64,000 nucleotides of DNA from Dictyostelium discoideum (Eukaryota). This document shows positions 63,090-64,000 of the stretch, piece by piece. The DNA is taken from NCBI GenBank assembly GCA_000004695.1, contig CM000154.2, positions 2,720,001 to 2,784,000 on the forward strand, in the 5' to 3' direction. The position numbers were made by a program, and so were the translations under genes. The notes beneath the pieces were generated by a model. The model was given only the letters and a program-made list of their open reading frames with translations, was not told the origin of the DNA and did no database searches. Position 1 is the first letter of the stretch. Every line of letters starts with the position of its first letter.

Positions 63090-63551
63090 TGTCAGAAAGT
63101 GTAGGGAATGTAAGTATATAAATCTACATTTTTAATAAATTTATATTTATTAATACCATATTCCTTTTCTTATTATTAAATATAAAAGATAAGAATTGAC
63201 CCAAGGGATACAATATTTGCAAAAATTATTTCTGGTGCAATCCCATCAAAAAAATTTTACGATGATGAATATTGTATTGCAATCGAAGATATTAACCCAC
63301 AAGCACCAGTACATCTTTTAGTTATTCCAAAACTTGCCGTTGGTGGTCTTAGTGATGTCGCCAATGTTGACCTTGAAAAATACAAAGAATCTATGGGTCA
63401 TATCATGTCAAAAATTCATCATATCGCTTCTCTTAAAGGTGCTGATTCTTACAGATTGGTCATTAATGAAGGTGTTTTAGGTCAACAATCTGTTAGATGG
63501 TTACATATTCATATCCTTGGTGGTAGACAAATGAATTGGCCACCAGGCTAA
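63089..63551 (+). CDS. HIT-family protein (HINT-like), copy 2, lacking the N-terminal extension; join(63089..63109,63189..63551), 127 aa
   Basis: Exon 1 is MSESVGN|GTAAGT. Exon 2 follows ATAAAAG| with IRIDPRDTIFAKIISGAIPSKKFYDDEYCIAIEDINPQAPVHLLVIPK...VINEGVLGQQSVRWLHIHILGGRQMNWPPG*. It is about 88% identical to copy 1 at protein level. The position homologous to copy 1's upstream ATG (58818) reads ATT here (62913..62915: ..TTAATTATAAACTGTTGTAGAATTGG), so the extension cannot be translated from that site. Confidence 0.75.
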
Positions 63552-63652
63552 TTTCAATTAAAGAATTCTTCATTGTACCTATTTAAACCTTTTACTAATA
63601 ATAGTAAAGAAAATTCACCATTGGCACGTACATAATAAAAAAATATATCCTT

Positions 63653-63952
63653 TTAATGGATCACTAGCAACAATTTCACTTTGAGATAGGTTTTTTTTAA
63701 TTTTTTTAAAATAGTATTGTATGTTTGGCATCCAATAGTTTTTGCCTGCAAACCAAGTTTTTTTCCTTTATAATAAATAATAAAATCACAACCATTGATT
63801 GCTTCGAAGTGCTTGCACACTTTTTGTACCTTTGCTTCTATAAATCTTTGCAAAGCTAATGCTAAAAAATTGGTAATGCTTTCTTCTTTTGGAAAATCTA
63901 TTTCTAGTCCAGTTGATTTTAGTTTTCCTATATTTATTTTAAAATTTTCCAT
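63653..63952 (-). CDS. Hypothetical protein, partner gene of the HIT cassette, copy 2 (99 aa; C-terminally truncated by a frameshift relative to copy 1)
   Basis: Track ORF MENFKINIGKLKSTGLEIDFPKEESITNFLALALQRFIEAKVQKVCKHFEAINGCDFIIYYKGKKLGLQAKTIGCQTYNTILKKLKKTYLKVKLLLVIH*. DNA downstream of the stop (about 63600..63650) still aligns with copy 1's ...KGYIFYYTRSNSKFSLL region (59800..59870) but in another frame. Homopolymer T6 in copy 1 (59846..59851, reading AAAAAA on the coding minus strand) is T7 in copy 2 (63639..63645). Confidence 0.4.
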   Translation of the reverse strand: MENFKINIGKLKSTGLEIDFPKEESITNFLALALQRFIEAKVQKVCKHFEAINGCDFIIYYKGKKLGLQAKTIGCQTYNTILKKLKKTYLKVKLLLVIH

Positions 63953-64000
63953 TCGATAGAAAAATTGTAAAACTGATGAAAGAAGGAAACATTTTTTTAA

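Overview
This is AT-rich (roughly 75-80% A+T), gene-dense eukaryotic nuclear DNA with every hallmark of Dictyostelium discoideum: short GT..AG introns, poly-Q/poly-N/poly-T coding tracts and tRNA-gene-associated TRE retrotransposon debris. It is not prokaryotic, and I found no defence system or CRISPR array.

Contents, 5' to 3':
- The C-terminal end of a poly-Q/N-rich gene, open from the window edge.
- A ZFAND1-like AN1-zinc-finger plus ubiquitin-like gene.
- A five-exon coatomer gamma gene.
- A tRNA-Lys(UUU)/tRNA-Asp(GUC) convergent pair. A TRE5-A-like element (5' repeats plus ORF1) begins about 40-48 bp upstream of tRNA-Asp. TRE3-like 3' fragments lie about 100-140 bp downstream of the tRNAs. 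A 100-N assembly gap and a minisatellite follow.
- A SAP-domain protein gene (1402 aa).
- A cAMP-receptor-like GPCR gene (two exons).
- A four-exon vWA gene with an annexin-VII-like GQYGQPP repeat N-terminus.
- Two type-I membrane protein genes with EGF-like, IPT/TIG and MRH-like (mannose-6-phosphate receptor homology-like) domains.
- An ARF-family GTPase gene (three exons).
- A divergent U2 snRNA gene.
- A TPR/Sel1-repeat gene broken by two in-frame stops and two frameshifts; I call it a pseudogene.
- A rearranged partial duplicate of the giant gene's ends.
- A six-exon secreted hydrolase-like gene.
- A stretch of apparently low-quality sequence.
- A giant (>3600 aa) MRH-like plus IPT/TIG-repeat protein gene with three phase-2 introns.
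- A second tRNA-Lys(UUU) with inverted TRE3-like fragments flanking an odd non-coding block.
- Ponticulin-like, mitochondrial-carrier-like and pescadillo genes.
- A tandemly duplicated HIT/HINT-plus-partner gene cassette whose copies are decaying differently.

Caveat: splice junctions and ncRNA ends were derived by hand and may be off by 1-2 nt. At two places (about 20581 and 33301) my reading of the sequence disagreed by one base with the supplied ORF track.
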